From assembly GCF_009914755.1 (NCBI RefSeq), contig NC_060936.1: a stretch of 64,000 nucleotides of DNA. One strand, written 5' to 3'. The DNA comes from the human T2T-CHM13v2.0 reference genome, Homo sapiens. The notes under the pieces are model-generated. The model was not told the origin of the DNA, made no database searches, and was given only the letters and a program-made list of their open reading frames with translations. The position numbers and the translations under genes are program-made. How positions within the stretch are numbered: position 1 is the stretch's first letter; every line of letters begins with the position of its first letter. Shown one piece after another: positions 1-15,008 of the stretch.

Positions 1-150
1 GCACATGCCACCACACCTGGCTAATTTTTGTATTTTAGTAGAGACGGAGTTTTGCCATGTTAGCCAGGCTGGTTTTGAACGGGCCTCAAACGATCCACCC
101 ACCTCAGCCTCTCAAAGTGTTGAGATTACAGGTGTGAGCCACCATGCCCA
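1..150 (-). mobile_element. Alu (left arm and linker; cut by the window edge)
   Basis: GCTAATTTTTGTATTTTAGTAGAGACGGAGTTTTGCCATGTTAGCCAGGCTGG...CAAAGTGTTGAGATTACAGGTGTGAGCCACC is the reverse complement of the Alu 5' arm. Confidence 0.95.
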
Positions 151-159
151 TTCTCGCTC

Positions 160-1550
160 CTTATGTTATTTATCTATTATATTGTCATTAAAGTTCTTAG
201 CACATTAATTACAGATTTTAAAACTTTTTTATTAGATAATTTCAACATTCCTGCTATATCTAACTCTGATTCTGATGCTTCCTCCATCTCTTTAAACTGC
301 ATTGAGTGGGGGTTGGCTTTTAGTGTGCATTGTAACCTTTTGTCGAAAGGTGGACATGACATACTAGGTGAAAGGAACTCTGGTAAATAAGCCTTTAGTA
401 ATATGTTGATAACATGTGTTGGGAGGGGAAGTGTATTCATCTGTTCTCACACTGCTAATAAAGACATACCCAAGACAGGGTAATTTTTAAAGGAAAGAGG
501 TTTAATGGGCTCACAGTTCCACATGGCTGAGGAGGCCTTACAATCATGACAGAAGGCAAAGGAAAGACAAAGTCATGTCTTACATGGCGGCAGGCAAGGG
601 AGCTTGTGCAGGGGAACTCCCATTTATAAAACCATCAGATCTTGAGAGATCATTCACTACCATGAGAATAGTATGAGAGAAACTGTCTTCATGATTCAAT
701 TATCTCCACCTCACCCAGCCCTTGACACGTGGGGATTATTATAATTCAAGGTGAGATTTGGGTGGGGACACAGCCAAACCATATTAGGAAGCATTCTATA
801 GTCCTATGATAAGGTGTCAGTCTTTTGGTAAGGCTGTGCCCCTGGACTGTGAACTTCATCAGTACTTCACAGTTTTTACCCTGCTAGATGGGATATGATG
901 GCTAGAGGAAGCCCGACTTGGATATTTCCCTTCTCCCATGTGTAAAGCTAAAGGGAGTTGAAGTTGAGTATTTCCTTTCCCTATGTGGAAGGCTACAGCT
1001 GGCTGGAGCTGGGTATTTCCCTTCCCAAAGGGAGGTTTAGGCTCTGAAAAAAAAACCCCAGCAGAGTAGGCTGTGGTAAAATAGTTTCTCTTGAGGACAA
1101 GATTTGCTAAAAACAGAATGCTCAAGTGTATTTCAAAATGGTTCTTTTTCCCCTCCTCCTATTAGATGTGTGAGAGGATTTTTCTCCAATATACACTGTA
1201 AGGACGTGGCAGAGTTCCTGCAAGTAAAATTCACAAAATCATGGAGGCCTCCTTATGACTGGGTCTTCTGGAGTTCTTAACTCAGACTTGTTCACACTCA
1301 GCCTCCAGTAATTCATGAAATACAATTCAAGTTTTCATACCCTGGCACTGGTTCCCTCAGAGATTTCTGCCTCATGGGTTTCTTCTACTCCAGTAAATTG
1401 TGATGATAGGTGTTTACCTGTCTGTCTCTCCAATTTGGAAAGTGGCATTTTTCTGTGGCCTCACTTCCCTGATAGATCTAAGAAATGGTTGTTGATTTTT
1501 CCGTTTGTTTAGCTTTTACTTGTCAGAATGAAGCTGGAATAGAGACCAGA
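160..1550 (-). mobile_element. Old L1M (L1MD-like) 5' region, interrupted by a THE1 LTR
   Basis: GGGAGGGGAAG|CATTCTATAGTCCTATGAT...CCCCTGGACTGTGAACTTCA resembles the L1MDa-type 5' region. It contains ~45-bp degenerate tandem units at 920-1030. Subfamily is from memory. Confidence 0.6.
432..786 (-). mobile_element. THE1 (THE1B/C-like) MaLR solo LTR
   Basis: TGTATTCATCTGTTCTCACACTGCTAATAAAGACATACCC...GAGATTTGGGTGGGGACACAGCCAAACCATAT; 5-bp TSD GGAAG at 427-431 and 787-791. Confidence 0.92.
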
Positions 1551-1559
1551 AGTTTCCTA

Positions 1560-2960
1560 TTTTACCTGTATCTTTAAAGGATATTTTCACTGGCTGTAAA
1601 AGTCTAGGTTGGCTGTTCTTTTCTTTCAGTACTTTAAAGATGTTATCGCACTGTCTTCTGATCTCCCAGGTTTTAAATGAGCAACATGCCATTGTTCAAA
1701 TCCTTGCTCCTTTGTATGTATGAAATGTAACCTTTAAAGAAAAAAAAAGTACTTATAAGATTAAAAGAAAATCTTTGGTTTCCTGCATTTTTAGTATTAT
1801 TTGTTTAAATTTGATTTTTTAAAATTTATCTGGTTTGTGGATCTGCTGAACTTAAATATGTACATTTTTATCTTTCACAAATTTGGAAAACTCCAAGCCA
1901 TTATTTTTCAAATATATTTTTTTATCATCCCATTCTCTTTCTCCTCTCCTTCTGGAACTCCTATTGCATGTACATTAGACCTTTTTATACTGTCACGTTT
2001 TTTTTTTTCTGTCTGTTCTTCAGATTTGATCAAATTACCTGTCTTCAAGTTATTTTGTCATCTACGTTCTGCCATTGAGCACATTCAGTGAATTTTTTTA
2101 TTCTTAGGGAAACTACTTTTTAAATTCTAACCTTTCCATTTAGTTAATTTTAAAGATTCTTTTCTGTGATGGCAAATTATCTTAATTCATTTCAAGTATG
2201 TTCTTCTTTCTTCATAAAACCTACTTGTAATAACTGCATTAAAATATTTGATTATTCCAACATCTGGGTTATCTAGGAAAACTGTTTATTTTTTTCTCTT
2301 GATAACTGTCCACATTTTCCTGGTTTTATGCTGAATAATTTTGAATTGTATCCTGGACATTGCAAATGTCATGTTGTGTAGACTCTAAGTTCTGTTATAA
2401 TACTCTGGAGAATGTTGATTTTTCTTTAGCAGGCAATCAACATGGCTAGGTTCAGATCACAAAGTCTGTCTCACTTTCTTTGTGTGGTGGTTAAAATCTC
2501 AGTTCAGTTCCAAAAACACTTAGTCCACTTGTTTGAGCTTGTCTCTCGCATCCATGAATAATAAGTGAGGCTGAAACATCTGCAGGTTTTACATAGAATC
2601 AGGGGATTCTCTTTTCTGGTTCTCTCTTCTCTGAGATTCTCTCCTCTCTCCAGCCCCCAGAATCTTCTTTGTTGGTTTCTCTGGTTGGAAGACGAGCTTC
2701 CTATCGAAGTTTTAATTATGCATCCACTGCTGATGCGCTGCTCTGTGACTGGGGCTCACCCCTGGGGCAAAGCATAAGGGAAAAAAAAATGCAAAAGATA
2801 CCTTGTACATTTACTTTTGACTCTTTGTCTCCTACTTTTGTTTATTTTTTTACAGTCCTCAGGTAGTTTCTTTTTGTTTTTGTCAAGATCCTTTTGTTGT
2901 AATTAGTTGGAAATCTGGTTTCTAGTGGGCTCTTGCCATTATGCTGGACACAGAAAATTC
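1560..2960 (-). mobile_element. Degenerate L1ME-like ORF1/5' fragment
   Basis: GATATTTTCACTGG...TTTTCTTTCAGTACTTTAAAGATGTT...CACTGTCTTCTG and CCTTCTGGAACTCCTATT are typical antisense old-L1 motifs. Confidence 0.55.
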
Positions 2961-5900
2961 TTCCTTAATGTTTAAGTCACTGTTTCTCAAACTATGGATC
3001 ATGATCATTTGTGGGTCATGAAATTAGTTCTGTGAATTGTTGATTCACATTTTAAGAATTCAGTACATTAGAGACTAGTCTAGATTATATCTTATTGCAT
3101 CATGTTGTAAGAAATGTAAATTATTTTATAAAATATAAAACACTTGTTTACTTGTTTTTTGTTTAACAACTATTTGTTGAATACCTACTCTGTTAAAGAC
3201 TGTTAGGTTGTGGGAAATATAGCAGTGAAAATAATATACGAACATGCACACTTTTTAAAAAATGAGTTGGAAGATAAAAAATGTACAACATATAGTGTGT
3301 TGGAAAAATAAGAGAAAAAAAGTACCCCAAACCTGTCTAATCTCATGAGGAGGGATTCTGTGGGGAATATTGGGATGCAACAGTAAAGAAAAGTGTTACC
3401 TCCCAAAATTCTTCACTCTACTGACATCCACATGGGGATAGTTGTACTATACAAAAATAAACAGAAATCTAAGTTTTCTAGGCAGTGATTGGCAGCAATG
3501 TAAATGGTAGGCCAAATTAGAACAAGAGCAAACAGAAAAATAGCTACAGTGAGGGTTGTCTCCAGAGTTTCCATAAAGAAACCTCTTTTTTTTTTAAACA
3601 AGCCTCTTTTCCCCCAAAATGTGCTGAAGGCTGATGGTTTTACACTGTTTGTGAAAATGAAGATGGAGAAGGTTTTTGTCATAGCATAGAATGGAAAGTT
3701 AGAATCACTATTGTTAAAAATTCTACTACCCCACAGTCAGGAATTCTCTACTGAGCACATTTATTTTTAGGATGCAGGCTCCTGAAATAGCATCTGGCCT
3801 ATCTTTTCCTGCTCTCCCTTCTCTTTTCTGCTACTCCCTATCCTCACAATCCTGTTTATTTCTACAAGACAGTGTCAGTTTTCCTTTCTTTGACTTCTTG
3901 CCCCAGAGTTAATGGTACATCAACATGAGAACCCCTTCTATAGCCACCTATCATTCTATTCTCCCTTAGCAACAAAACCTATTTGTTCCTTTATATTTGG
4001 GGACAGGTAAAATTTGTGGTCTTGGTCTGCCTTTGGGAGTCCTCCTATAACTCCTGCATTTGGGAAAGGAGTAGAGCTAAGTCCTATGTCCTCATATCCC
4101 GGTAGCCCCCAGTAGTGGAGGTAGCAGTTATGAGGGCATGTTTTTCTCTCTTCAAATGCTTCTGACTACTAATTGGACAGCTAATATCTAAGTAGATCAA
4201 AGAATTATACACAGTCATACACGAAAATATATATAGTGACACATGCTTTTTTCCTATGCTATATTTTGTTACTGACTTGCTTGTTTTTAAGAGAAATGCT
4301 ACTCATTTAGTTCTGATATGCCATTAATACTGAGATGGGAGCTACAGCACAGCTTCCCATTCCATGCATCTGGCTGAGATCAACAACTAAACAGTTCTCT
4401 GCGACACTCTACCCCCATCTTCAAAATCTTTCCCAACCCAGGCCTAAGATAGCCAAAATCAGTATTGATACAGGAAAGGAATTCTGTGTGTCCTCTCTAC
4501 TTTTGGTTAATAGATAAAACTTTCCCAGAAAGCTATGTTTTTGCCAATTTTTACAAATAAATTTGCATTGCCAGATGATAATAGCTGAGTAATAAAGCAA
4601 TAGAACATCAAGGCACTCTTCTATAGCAATGTCCATTCTAACTCTTTAAAGGTGTTCTAGGCACCATTTTAAACTACAGAGAAAATTAACTGAACATATG
4701 TAACTAAAGAAAAGGTACATTTGGACAAAAACAAATATTATTTTTAAAGAGCAAATATTTCTTTCTAGTGTGCTTATTTTTAAAATGCAGATCTGGAAGC
4801 AATTTAGGAAATCTACTGCATGTAAATTATAATTAACTTTGGATAGAAATGATTTGTTTTCTTTGAAAGAGGTAGATAAACTCAAGGGCAAGGAGGTCGG
4901 GTTCAAATCTTAATCCCAAAGTTAAGTGAGGCAGAAACAGACCCTGTATGTGATGCCTACTATAAATATGTGCGAGGCTGTTTAAATTGCTGACCACAGT
5001 ACAACATTGCTATTTTGCAGTAACAGAATCTTACACATTTATTTATGGTTTTGACTACACCGAGATTTTTCTGAGTATGATCATTTAAATTCAATCTGCC
5101 CATTATATAAAAATTAAAGTAAATTAGAATTTTACACCACAAGCCCAAGCCTGATAAATGCAGTTTCATATTCAATCAAAGTTTGTTCAAATATGAGTGT
5201 TACTGAAAGCTCTTAAATAAAATAATATCACTTATGGGGTAAAATGGATGGATAAAAGCAGAAATTAAAATTCTGATTAAAAGAGAAATGGTGGTATTCT
5301 GGAATGTCTACACTACTCACACTTCTTGAAGGGATCTTCTGCAGGTCACAACTTCTGCTGAGTGAATAATGGACCCTATGTTTCTACCTCTCTAGGCTAT
5401 AGATGGCTAAAGGGGTTCATTTTGAACCATGAGTAAGATAAGTAATCATGGGAAATTTTTAAGAGAGAGAGAATGAGAGAAAGAACAGAAGCATAGAGAA
5501 AAGCAGAGATGACTGAGGAGTATCTAAAATAGAAAGAGTAGTCCTATCTCTCTGTACCTCAGGGAATCTGAGGTCATTGAATTTTTCCTGGGGACACTCC
5601 TCAAGGATAAAGTTTCAAAAATTATGTCTGTGCAAAAGCAGACCTCTGCTTGCCAGTGGACCAGGTTCAAGGCATTTGTTGTCATTGGGGACTAGAATGG
5701 GCACATCAGACTAGGTGTCAAGTGCTACAAGAAGATAGACAAGGTAGCTGGTCAGAAGGAGGGACATATGTCAAAAGTTACTCTTTTCTCCTGTTCTTGA
5801 TTCTAATCACCTGTGTCCCCTAACACATTGCTTCATCAGATATGCAGATATGCATCTCCCCACTCAATATTTTCATTCAGCCTAAATATCTCCCTTCTTA

Positions 5901-6103
5901 ACTCCCTCAACACTTCATCTTCTTGCAACTAAAAAAACAAGACCTTTTTTTTTTCTTTCCCTTCTCAGTTAAGCATTTTGAAAGCCTACAGGTGTATGTA
6001 TAGTTTCACACCTCAATTGTCCCTCTGCCTACTGCAATGTGGCTTCTAATCTCATTCCATCATGTTCCTTTCAAGGGTACCCATGAAAGAAAGGAACCCT
6101 TGA

Positions 6104-6518
<415 letters not shown>

Positions 6519-6744
6519 CTCCACTCTGCTTCTTTATCAGATAAGCTGACCTATATGAACTACATCAATAACTTTTTCCTCTGACATCCAGTTGGGTTTT
6601 GTCAATGGGAGGCACCATAAGAGGCCAGAGTATGGAAGGTATTCACCCAGCTCCCTTCCTGCCATCCCGTGGTTTGGCTGCAACTATATTTTTCTATTCA
6701 TGACCACAACCACCTATGTCAGGAGGTTCTTGGCTCTTCTACAG

Positions 6745-6787
<43 letters not shown>
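6745..6787. repeat. (CT)n microsatellite
   Basis: Direct read: about 20 CT units with one TT interruption. Confidence 0.95.
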
Positions 6788-7149
6788 ATTCTCTCCTTAA
6801 TCACCCCACTTGAGGGAGCCAGCTATTTCCTGGTAGAACCCTGCCAGGAATCAGTTCCAGTCCTTATCTTGTCTTTCAATAACATTTGATACTGTTAAAC
6901 ATCTCCTTCTTGCTATTCTTCAGTTTCTCAGATTCTTCACTTTTTGATTGACCATTCTCATCTACTTTATCAGTTCTTTCTCTGTCACTTTTTTTTTACA
7001 TTGGTGTTTCCCAGAGCCTGGGTCATATTTTCTTCGTGTTTTCATTAGGGTATCTCAATTTAGTCCCCTAGCTTTAATGTTCGCCAAAAGCATAATTCTT
7101 GGGATCTAGTAGGTACTCAACAAATGTTCGCTATACAAGTGAGTGAATA

Positions 7150-8080
7150 TGTATGCTGATGACTACCAAAGCTTAATCTCTACCACATGTCTTCCCTGAT
7201 CTGCCTATATGTATTTCTTACTTTCCACTAAACAGCTCTACTTGGATGCCTCACAAGCATCTCAAACACAATGTGTTCAAAACTGGATGAATTATCTTTA
7301 TCCCCAAATCTTGATTCTTGTAGTCCTATATTATTTAATACCAACTCTATCCACCCAGTAAACACTTCAGAAATCTAGGAGTCATACTAAACAACCACCT
7401 AATTCCACACATTGCTCACTAAATCTTGCCAAGTCTATCATGTGCATTTCTCTGTTGTCCATACCTTGCTCTCCATTTGCTACTCTTGTCATTAAGGCCC
7501 TCTTGGTCTCTCATCTGACTAGTACAATGTCTTCTTACCTGGGCTCTGTGGCTCTTGCTTTATCCTTCCTAAGGTACTCTTCAAATAGTCTTCGGGGTGA
7601 TCTTTATAAACCACTTCTCTACTTAAAATAATTTAGTGGATCTCATTTGCATGACGTTCTTGATAGGCTCCCTACCTAACTTTCAAGCTTTTCATCTTTT
7701 ACTTGCAACATGTACTTCATACTAAAAATCTGACATTACTGAGAATAAACCTTACTATTTCCTCTGTTAGAATTTGCTTTCCAACTTAACTTTTCAAGCT
7801 TCTTTACATCATCCAAGACTTAACCTAAAAGTGATCTCCTCACTGTTGCCTTTTCTTATTTTTTAACTTTCCCGCCATTCTATTCTTAGATGGTACTTTG
7901 TAAATATTTAAATTATACTTCTAAATGAATTGCATTGTAATTAGTTACCTACTTATCTGCCTCATCCAAGAGACTGTAAAACCTTTGAGGATATGTATAT
8001 CTTATGTTTACTTAGTTTGGTACCTTTAATGCCTAGCACCATGTCTGGTGTATAGTGGAATTCAATAAATAATTATTAGA
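7150..8080 (+). mobile_element. L2 3' fragment
   Basis: CTTGGATGCCTCACAAGCATCTCAAAC...ATGCCTAGCACCATGTCTGGTGTATAGTGGAATTCAATAAAT are L2 3'-end motifs. Confidence 0.65.
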
Positions 8081-8106
8081 TGAGTTTATCTTTTAATTCT
8101 TGTTAT

Positions 8107-8550
8107 TGTTATTCAGGATTAAATTGTGTACTCCTACCCCAAATTTATAGACTGAAGTTTGATTCTCCAGCACCTCAAATGTGAATTATTTGGAAATTGA
8201 GTCTTTACAAAAATAATCAAGTTAAAATGGGGTCATTGGGGTATGACCTAATCCAACATGACTGGTGTCCTCATAAAAAGAGGAAATTTGGGCACAGAGA
8301 GGCATGCATAGAGGGAAGATGATGTGAAGAAATACAGAAATAAGACAGTCATCTACAAGCCAAAGAGAGAGGTTTGGAATAAATCCTTCCCTCACAGCCC
8401 TCATAAGGAACCAAACCGGCCAACATCTTGATTTTAGACTTCTAGTCTCTATAACTGTAAGACAACACATTTCTGTTGTTTAAGCCACACAGAAATACTT
8501 TGTGATACTTTGTGATACTTTCTATGGCAGCCCTAGCAAAAAAATATACA
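8107..8550 (+). mobile_element. MLT1B-like MaLR LTR
   Basis: CCTAATCCAACATGACTGGTGTCCTCATAAAAAGAGGAAATTTGG...CATCTACAAGCCAAAGAGAG...TTTCTGTTGTTTAAGCCAC...ATGGCAGCCCTAGCAAA..ATACA. Confidence 0.88.
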
Positions 8551-9524
8551 TTGCAATTTAGCAATAATTTTTTACATTAAAATAAATTTGTCATTTTTAT
8601 TAAATCTTTAGTTAAATCACTCACCTGGACTCTGGGCAACTTGCAATAGGTCTAGTGTTGGCAATATTTTACCATTAAATTTCTTTCTCCTAATATCTTT
8701 CCAGTTTAGTGAGTCAAAATACAACTGCCAATGTACTCTTGTCATATTCCATTAATACTTTCAGTGGACCTTGAAAATATCTCATTAAATTAAAAATTAC
8801 AATTATGCTACTTGGGGTTTATTTTGCATTTTCTCTGGCTCCACTAATTTGTATTTTTTTACCACATATTACTTTCCTCTTAAATATTTCCTCTCTACTT
8901 AAGTTAGCCAATTAATGACCCCTATAAACTTTTTCTGTCTGAATTTTTAAACCTTATCATTCATTCATTTCTCAGACATTGATTGAGAACCTATAGAGTT
9001 TGACAAATTGTCCTAAGTACTGAGGGTGGTAAAGGATGGGGCCATCAAATAGTCTCTGATCACAAAAGGCATGTAATCTAGAATAAAGGATAAAATGAGT
9101 ATAGGTCTTGAAATTATGACACACATGTCCAAAGATGTTTGTCACCAAATACCTGCATGTAATTTATCAGTGACCTCACAGCTAAAATGGGTGGAATAAT
9201 ACAAGCATCATGGGATATTTTGACAACTAAATGAAATAATGTATCACAGAGAGTAGCACTGAGGCCTGGGGAGTGTAGGCTCTGTGTGTTTGTTTAGCCT
9301 TTCTTCCCTACTCTATGATTCATGTTCACACACCAGCCTTGCAATACTCATAATTCAAAACAATACCTCAGCAAAATATTACATACCATGGGCTTTTAAG
9401 CCTGCTTCAAAATCCTCAGATGACAGGGCTTATCCTGTACAGATGGATACCATTTAAGCAGGTTTCAGAGAAAGGGCAAATCATATGTGCTTGAATTAGA
9501 ACACACTGGGTAAAAAAGAAATTA

Positions 9525-10717
9525 ATAATCTGTGCTCTCTAAATAGAACAACAAAGCCTAAATGACAGCTTATCTGTTTATAGCATGATTTACTGAATAT
9601 TTTAAGCCCACCATTGAGAAGTGCTCAGAAAAAATTCCTTTCAAAATAGTACTGCTCATTAACAAATGCACCCAGTTACTTAAGAGCTCTGATGCAGACA
9701 TACAAGAAGATGAATGTTGTTTTCATGCCTGCTAACACAACACCCATTCTGCAGCCCATGGATCAATGAGTCATTTTGACTTTCAAGTCTTACTATTTGA
9801 GAAATACATTTTAAAAGGCTATAGGTGCCATAGATAGTGATTCCTCTGAAGGATCTAGCAAAGTCGATTGAACCTGCTGGAAAGGATTCACCATTCTAGA
9901 TGTCATTTAAAACATTTGTGATTCGTAGGGGAAGGTCAAAATATCAATATAAATAACAGGAATTTGAAAGAAGTTTATTCCAACCTTCATGAATGACTTT
10001 GAGGGATTCAAGACATCAGTGGAAAAAGTAACTGCATATGTGGTAGAAATAGTAAGAGAACTAGAATTAGACGTGGAGCCTGAGGATGTAACCAAATTGC
10101 TGCAATCTCACGATAAAACTTTAACAGATGAAGAGTTGCTTCTTATACATGAGCAAAGAAAGTGGTTTCTGGAGATGGAATCTACTCCTGGTGAAGATAC
10201 TGCAAACACTATTTAAATGACAACAAAGGATTTAGAATATTACATAAAACTGATAAAGCTGTGGCAAGGTCTGGGAGGATTGACTCAAATTCTGAACGTT
10301 CTACTGTGGGTAAAATGCTATCAAACAGGAAAACATGCTACAGAGAAATCTTCTGTAGCAAACTTCATCATTGTCTTATTTTAAGAAATTGCTCCAGTCA
10401 TGCCAGCCTTCAGCAACCACCACCTGATCAGCCAGCAGCCATCAACATCAAGGCAAGACCCTTCACCCACCAAAAGATTACAACCTGCTGAAGACTCCGA
10501 AGATGGTTAACATTTTTTAGCAATAAAATATTTTTAACTAAGGTATATAAATGTTTTGACATAATGTTATTGCACACTTCATAGAATACAGTATAGTGTA
10601 AACATAACTATTATATGTACTGGGAAACCAAAAAATTTGTATGACTGACTTTATTGCGATATTCACTTTATTGCGGTGGTCTGGAACCAAACTTACAATG
10701 TCCCTGAAGTATGCCTG
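9525..10717 (+). mobile_element. Tigger1 DNA transposon, 3' half (decayed transposase)
   Basis: Transposase remnant [49 protein letters not shown] (ORF 9989-10216); ends in the terminal repeat GAAGTATGCCTG followed by TA. Confidence 0.93.
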
Positions 10718-13550
10718 TATGTATCCTTACATACTTAAATAACTTTTCTGGGAGAGAGATTAGACTTCTACAGGTTCTCAGAAGGCTTAACAACAATTGA
10801 TCTGTGGGAACATCATTTCTGTAGGCAGACTGTGGCTTAACATAATGCAATGTCAAGATATGACAAGTAGCACTGGATAAGAAATTGGCTGTCTGATGAG
10901 GTGCCTGGCTTTCTGAAAAGAGAGTTTTCTAACAAAACATGCCAAAATGTAAAGATTGTATTATTAGATATGATCTTGCATTGAAAGATGGTTAGATTAG
11001 AAACTGCTAAAATCTTTCCAATTTCAAGTTCTAGGTTCAGGTTTAATAGTATTATATTTTTAGAAATATGTTTTACATTTAAGCCATAATTAACAAAATA
11101 AGTCAAAGACTTCCAGAAGTAAAATACATATTTTATAAGTTCCATTTAATTTTAGTGACATACTTAAGCAAAATGAAGTATAAATTAGTTTTTTAAAGTT
11201 ATCTGGTTTCTAAAAAGAATGTTTCGTATTTTAAAAAAAAAATCATTTCTGATTCCTTAAAGAATGAAATATATTAATGACTGAGGTTTGTTCAACGGAT
11301 TTGGAGGAAATCCACTCATGATTCATTTAAATCAATTTGGAGGAGGTTGACTAATGTTTTCATACCTTCTGTCTAGACTAGAAGCTTAAAAAGCATACCT
11401 GTGACTCTCCAAGCCTCTGATAAATCATGTCTGTTAAAACAAGAGTATAAAGAATAAAAAACTCATCACCCACAATACCCACAAGTATGAATCTGGAGCC
11501 TGGGGATGCTGAGAGTCGTCATTGTGTTAGGAGCCCAAGTGCTATTTACACATGGTTCCAATAGATCTTCCAAAGAGCTTTTCACCTTTGTGTTAGTGCA
11601 GAATGTATATTCCAGGAGCAGGGTCGACGAGGGGTAATTGTGGGAATGAAAAAAAGTATGAACCATCTGTTAGTATCCGCTCCGTAAAGTCTCACCACTC
11701 TTCTTCATAAATCATTTCCAGGGGCCCTGATTCTTTTTTTCCTTCCCTGCCACTCCACCGGTACTTGAGGTTCTGACACTCTCCTAGTTTAATATTTGAA
11801 AAAGTCTGATGTTAAAGCAGTAATACTGATTTATTCACTGTGCTTTAAGCTAAAATGCAATACAGCTCTTTTAAATTATCTCATTGGGCAGGTATAGCCA
11901 TTTATTGGAAAACTCTCTGTTCCATGTTTGCCAAAATATAGAAATTAATAAAATAATCCTTCAAGTAATTAAACATTTTGGTAGTCGTTTTTAAATTTTG
12001 GCTTTTAGCAGTTAAAAGATTTTATCAAATAAATTGTATTGGCTTTCCCAAGTTTATAACACAAAAGCTGAGCATCTCTGTTTAAAATAGCCCTAAAAAA
12101 CCTGAATCCTACCCACTTCACCTCCCCAGAGACCTGCCTTTAAATCACCCATTAGTTCCAGAGGCAACTCTGTGACTAATAGATGAGAAAGACATGTTAG
12201 TAATACAATACAAAGCAGAAATCAAGAATATAGACAAAGGAAATATTAAGTCCTATTAGGGTATTTTGACAGACATCACAGAAGAATTGGCATTTGCATT
12301 GTACGTTGAAAAATCAGCAGTGTTTTGACAAAAATATAGAAGGAAAAGAGGGGAAGAGTGTAAGTGAAGAAAAAGCAGGAACAAAATTCACAGAAGCTTG
12401 AAAGTAGAAGTGTATTTTCAGAACAAGTCAGAAAAAGTAGACCCTTGGTCTTTGTTTCCTAAAAAGTCATTATTTATCCTTCACTCTAGAGTGATTGGCT
12501 ATGAATGATGTAGCACTGCACAGAGTCACAGAGTAGGTTCACAGGCTGTAGAGAAGGCATTATCTCTGCTCTAAATAAGCTTGCTGGCCAAACAGGAAGA
12601 TGAGACAAGTATATTATATGTAGGCAATGTTAATATAAATGCACAAGACCTTCTTACTGAATTTTAAATCGTTCAGTGGTAAAGTTATATCCCTAATTTG
12701 CTTTGATCATTTCTTTTTTTTTTTTTAGTGTTCCTATTTTTATAGTCACTGAAATTTTCCCAAATTAATAGATCAAAGAGAATAAAGATATTACCAGATC
12801 ACAAACCATTCTGGAGCTTTTCGCCTATACTAGAAAATAAAGGAGTTGGATAAGAAGGCCATGAATGTCCTTTCAAGTTGTAACACGTTTTGATTGTATT
12901 TGCATAAATGTAGTCAGCACATAAGCTCTCTCTCTTTTCCTCTCCTTTCTTCCCTCCTCCATGTTCTCTATCTCTCTTTTTCTCTCTCATACATGTATAA
13001 TAAAAATATATACATTTTTAACAATAAAAAATTACTTAATCCTCAGGTTAGACTGACATTTTTATACACAGGCATTTTGTCTCTAAGTGAATATTCTTAG
13101 AGTATATTTGCATATATAATCTAATAAATATAAAAATATATGGCATGAACATGTGTGTGTTATCATTGTACATATATGCTGAGGTTTTAAAGAGTTGATA
13201 ATATAAAATGGTTAATGCCAAATGTGGGTTGGTACCACTCTTCAACTTGGAAAGTATCAGAGAGTGCTGAGAGAGAGAAAGTTCCAATATGTTACTTATT
13301 TTGGTAGCATTCCTGAGGCTCATCAGAACTCTCCTTGCCTCCAGGCTCTAAGGTCAAAGCAGCAGTTAGGTCAAGTCTAGGGACTTCATGCTAATGGACA
13401 CTGATCACTCCTTAACACTTCCTCAGTCCTCACAGAAGAATGAGATCAATTCTTACCTCCCTAGAAGAAGTTCATCTGTGGTGATCCTGAACCCAGAGTC
13501 CTTGAAGGCTCTGTGGGACTTTCAAGACTGATTTCAGGGAAGCTGAGGAC

Positions 13551-15008
13551 TTTTTTTTTTCCTTTTTCCTTTTTTTTTTTTTTTTTAATTATACTTTAAG
13601 TTCTGGGATACATGTGCAGAATGTGCAGGTTTGTTACATAGGTATACATGTGCCATGGTAGTTTGCTGCACCCGTCAACCTAATGTAGATACATTAGGTA
13701 TTTCTCCTAATGCTATCCCTCCCCTAGCCCCCCAGCCACTGACAGGCCCCGGTGTGTGATGTTCCCGTCCCTGTGTCCATATGTTCTCATTGTTGAACTC
13801 CCACTTATGAGTGAGAACATGCAGTGTTTTGTTTTCTGTTCCTGTGTTAGTTTTCTGAGAATGATGGTTTCCAGCTTCATCCATGTCCCCGCAAAGCACA
13901 TGAGCTCATTCTTTTTTATGGTGTACATGTGCCACATTTTCTTTATCCAGTCTATCATTGGTGGACATTTGGGTTGGTTCCAAGTCTTTGCTGTTGTGAA
14001 TAGTGCTGCAATAAACATACGTGTGCATGTGTCTTTATAACAGCATGATTTATAATCCTTTGGGTATATACCCAGTAATGAGATTGCTGGGTCAAATGGT
14101 ATTTCTGATTCTAGATCCTTGAGGAATTGCCACACTGTCTTCCACAATGGTTGAACTAATTTACACTCCCATGAACAGTGTAAAAGCATTCCTATTTCTC
14201 CACATCCTCTCCAGCATCTGTTGTTTCCTGACTTTTTAATGATCATCATTCTAACTGGCATGAGATGGTATGTATCTCATTGTGGTCTTGATTTGCATTT
14301 CTCTAATGACCAGTGATGATAAGCTTTTTTTTTTTTTTGTATGTTTGTTGGCCACATAAATGTCTTCTTTTAAGAAGTGTCTGTTCATATCCTTGGCCCA
14401 CTTTTTGATGGGGTTGTTTTTTTCTTGTAAATTTGTTTAAGTTCCTTGTAGATTCTGGATATTAGCCCTTTATCAGATGGGTAGATTGCAAAAATTTTCT
14501 CCCACTCTGTAGGTTTCCCATTCACTCTGATGATAGATTTTTTTTTGCTGCACAGAAGCTCTTTAGATTAATTAGATCCCATTTGTCAATTTCGGCTTTT
14601 GTTGCCATTGCTTTTGGTGTTTTAGTCATGAAGTATTTGCCCATGCCTATATCCTGAATGGTATTGCCTAGGTTTTCTTCTAGGGTTTTTATGGTTTTAA
14701 GTCCTACAATTAAGTCTTTAGTCCATCTTGAGTTAATTTTTGTATAAGGTGTAAGGAAGGGGTCCAGTTTCAGTTTTCTGCCTATGGCTAGCCAGTTTTC
14801 CCAACACCATTCATTAAATAGGGTATCCTTTCCCTATTGCTTGTTTTTGCCAGGTTTGTCAAAGATCAGATGGTTGTAGATGTGTGGTGTTATTTCTGAG
14901 GCCTCTGTTCTGTTCCATTGGTCTGTATATCTGTTTTGGTACCAGTACCATATTGTTTTGTTTACTGTAGCCTTATAGTGTAGTTTGAAGTCAGGTTGCA
15001 TGATGCCA
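13551..15008 (-). mobile_element. L1PA (about PA7/8), 5'-truncated, ~1.45 kb
   Basis: Poly(T) followed by the L1 3'UTR; ORF2 C-terminus [26 protein letters not shown] (ORF 13713-14261); 16-bp TSD GAAGCTGAGGACTTTT at 13539-13554 and 15012-15027. Confidence 0.96.

Noticed and set aside
859-1125. ORF with a repeated GKGNTQLQ motif
   Set aside because: It reflects ~45-bp tandem units inside an old L1M 5' region and has no gene context.
8619-8770. Minus-strand donor CAG|GTGAGT with a 40-codon open frame (MTRVHWQLYFDSLNWKDIRRKKFNGKILPTLDLLQVAQSP)
   Set aside because: No convincing acceptor or promoter, and the peptide is not recognised.
9907-10491. Transposase-like ORFs as a domesticated TIGD gene
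   Set aside because: The Tigger1 copy is 5'-truncated with several stops and frameshifts.
11440-11770. Unique stretch with several CpGs and a 66-aa minus-strand ORF
   Set aside because: Too few CpGs for an island, no clear splice pair and no recognisable product.
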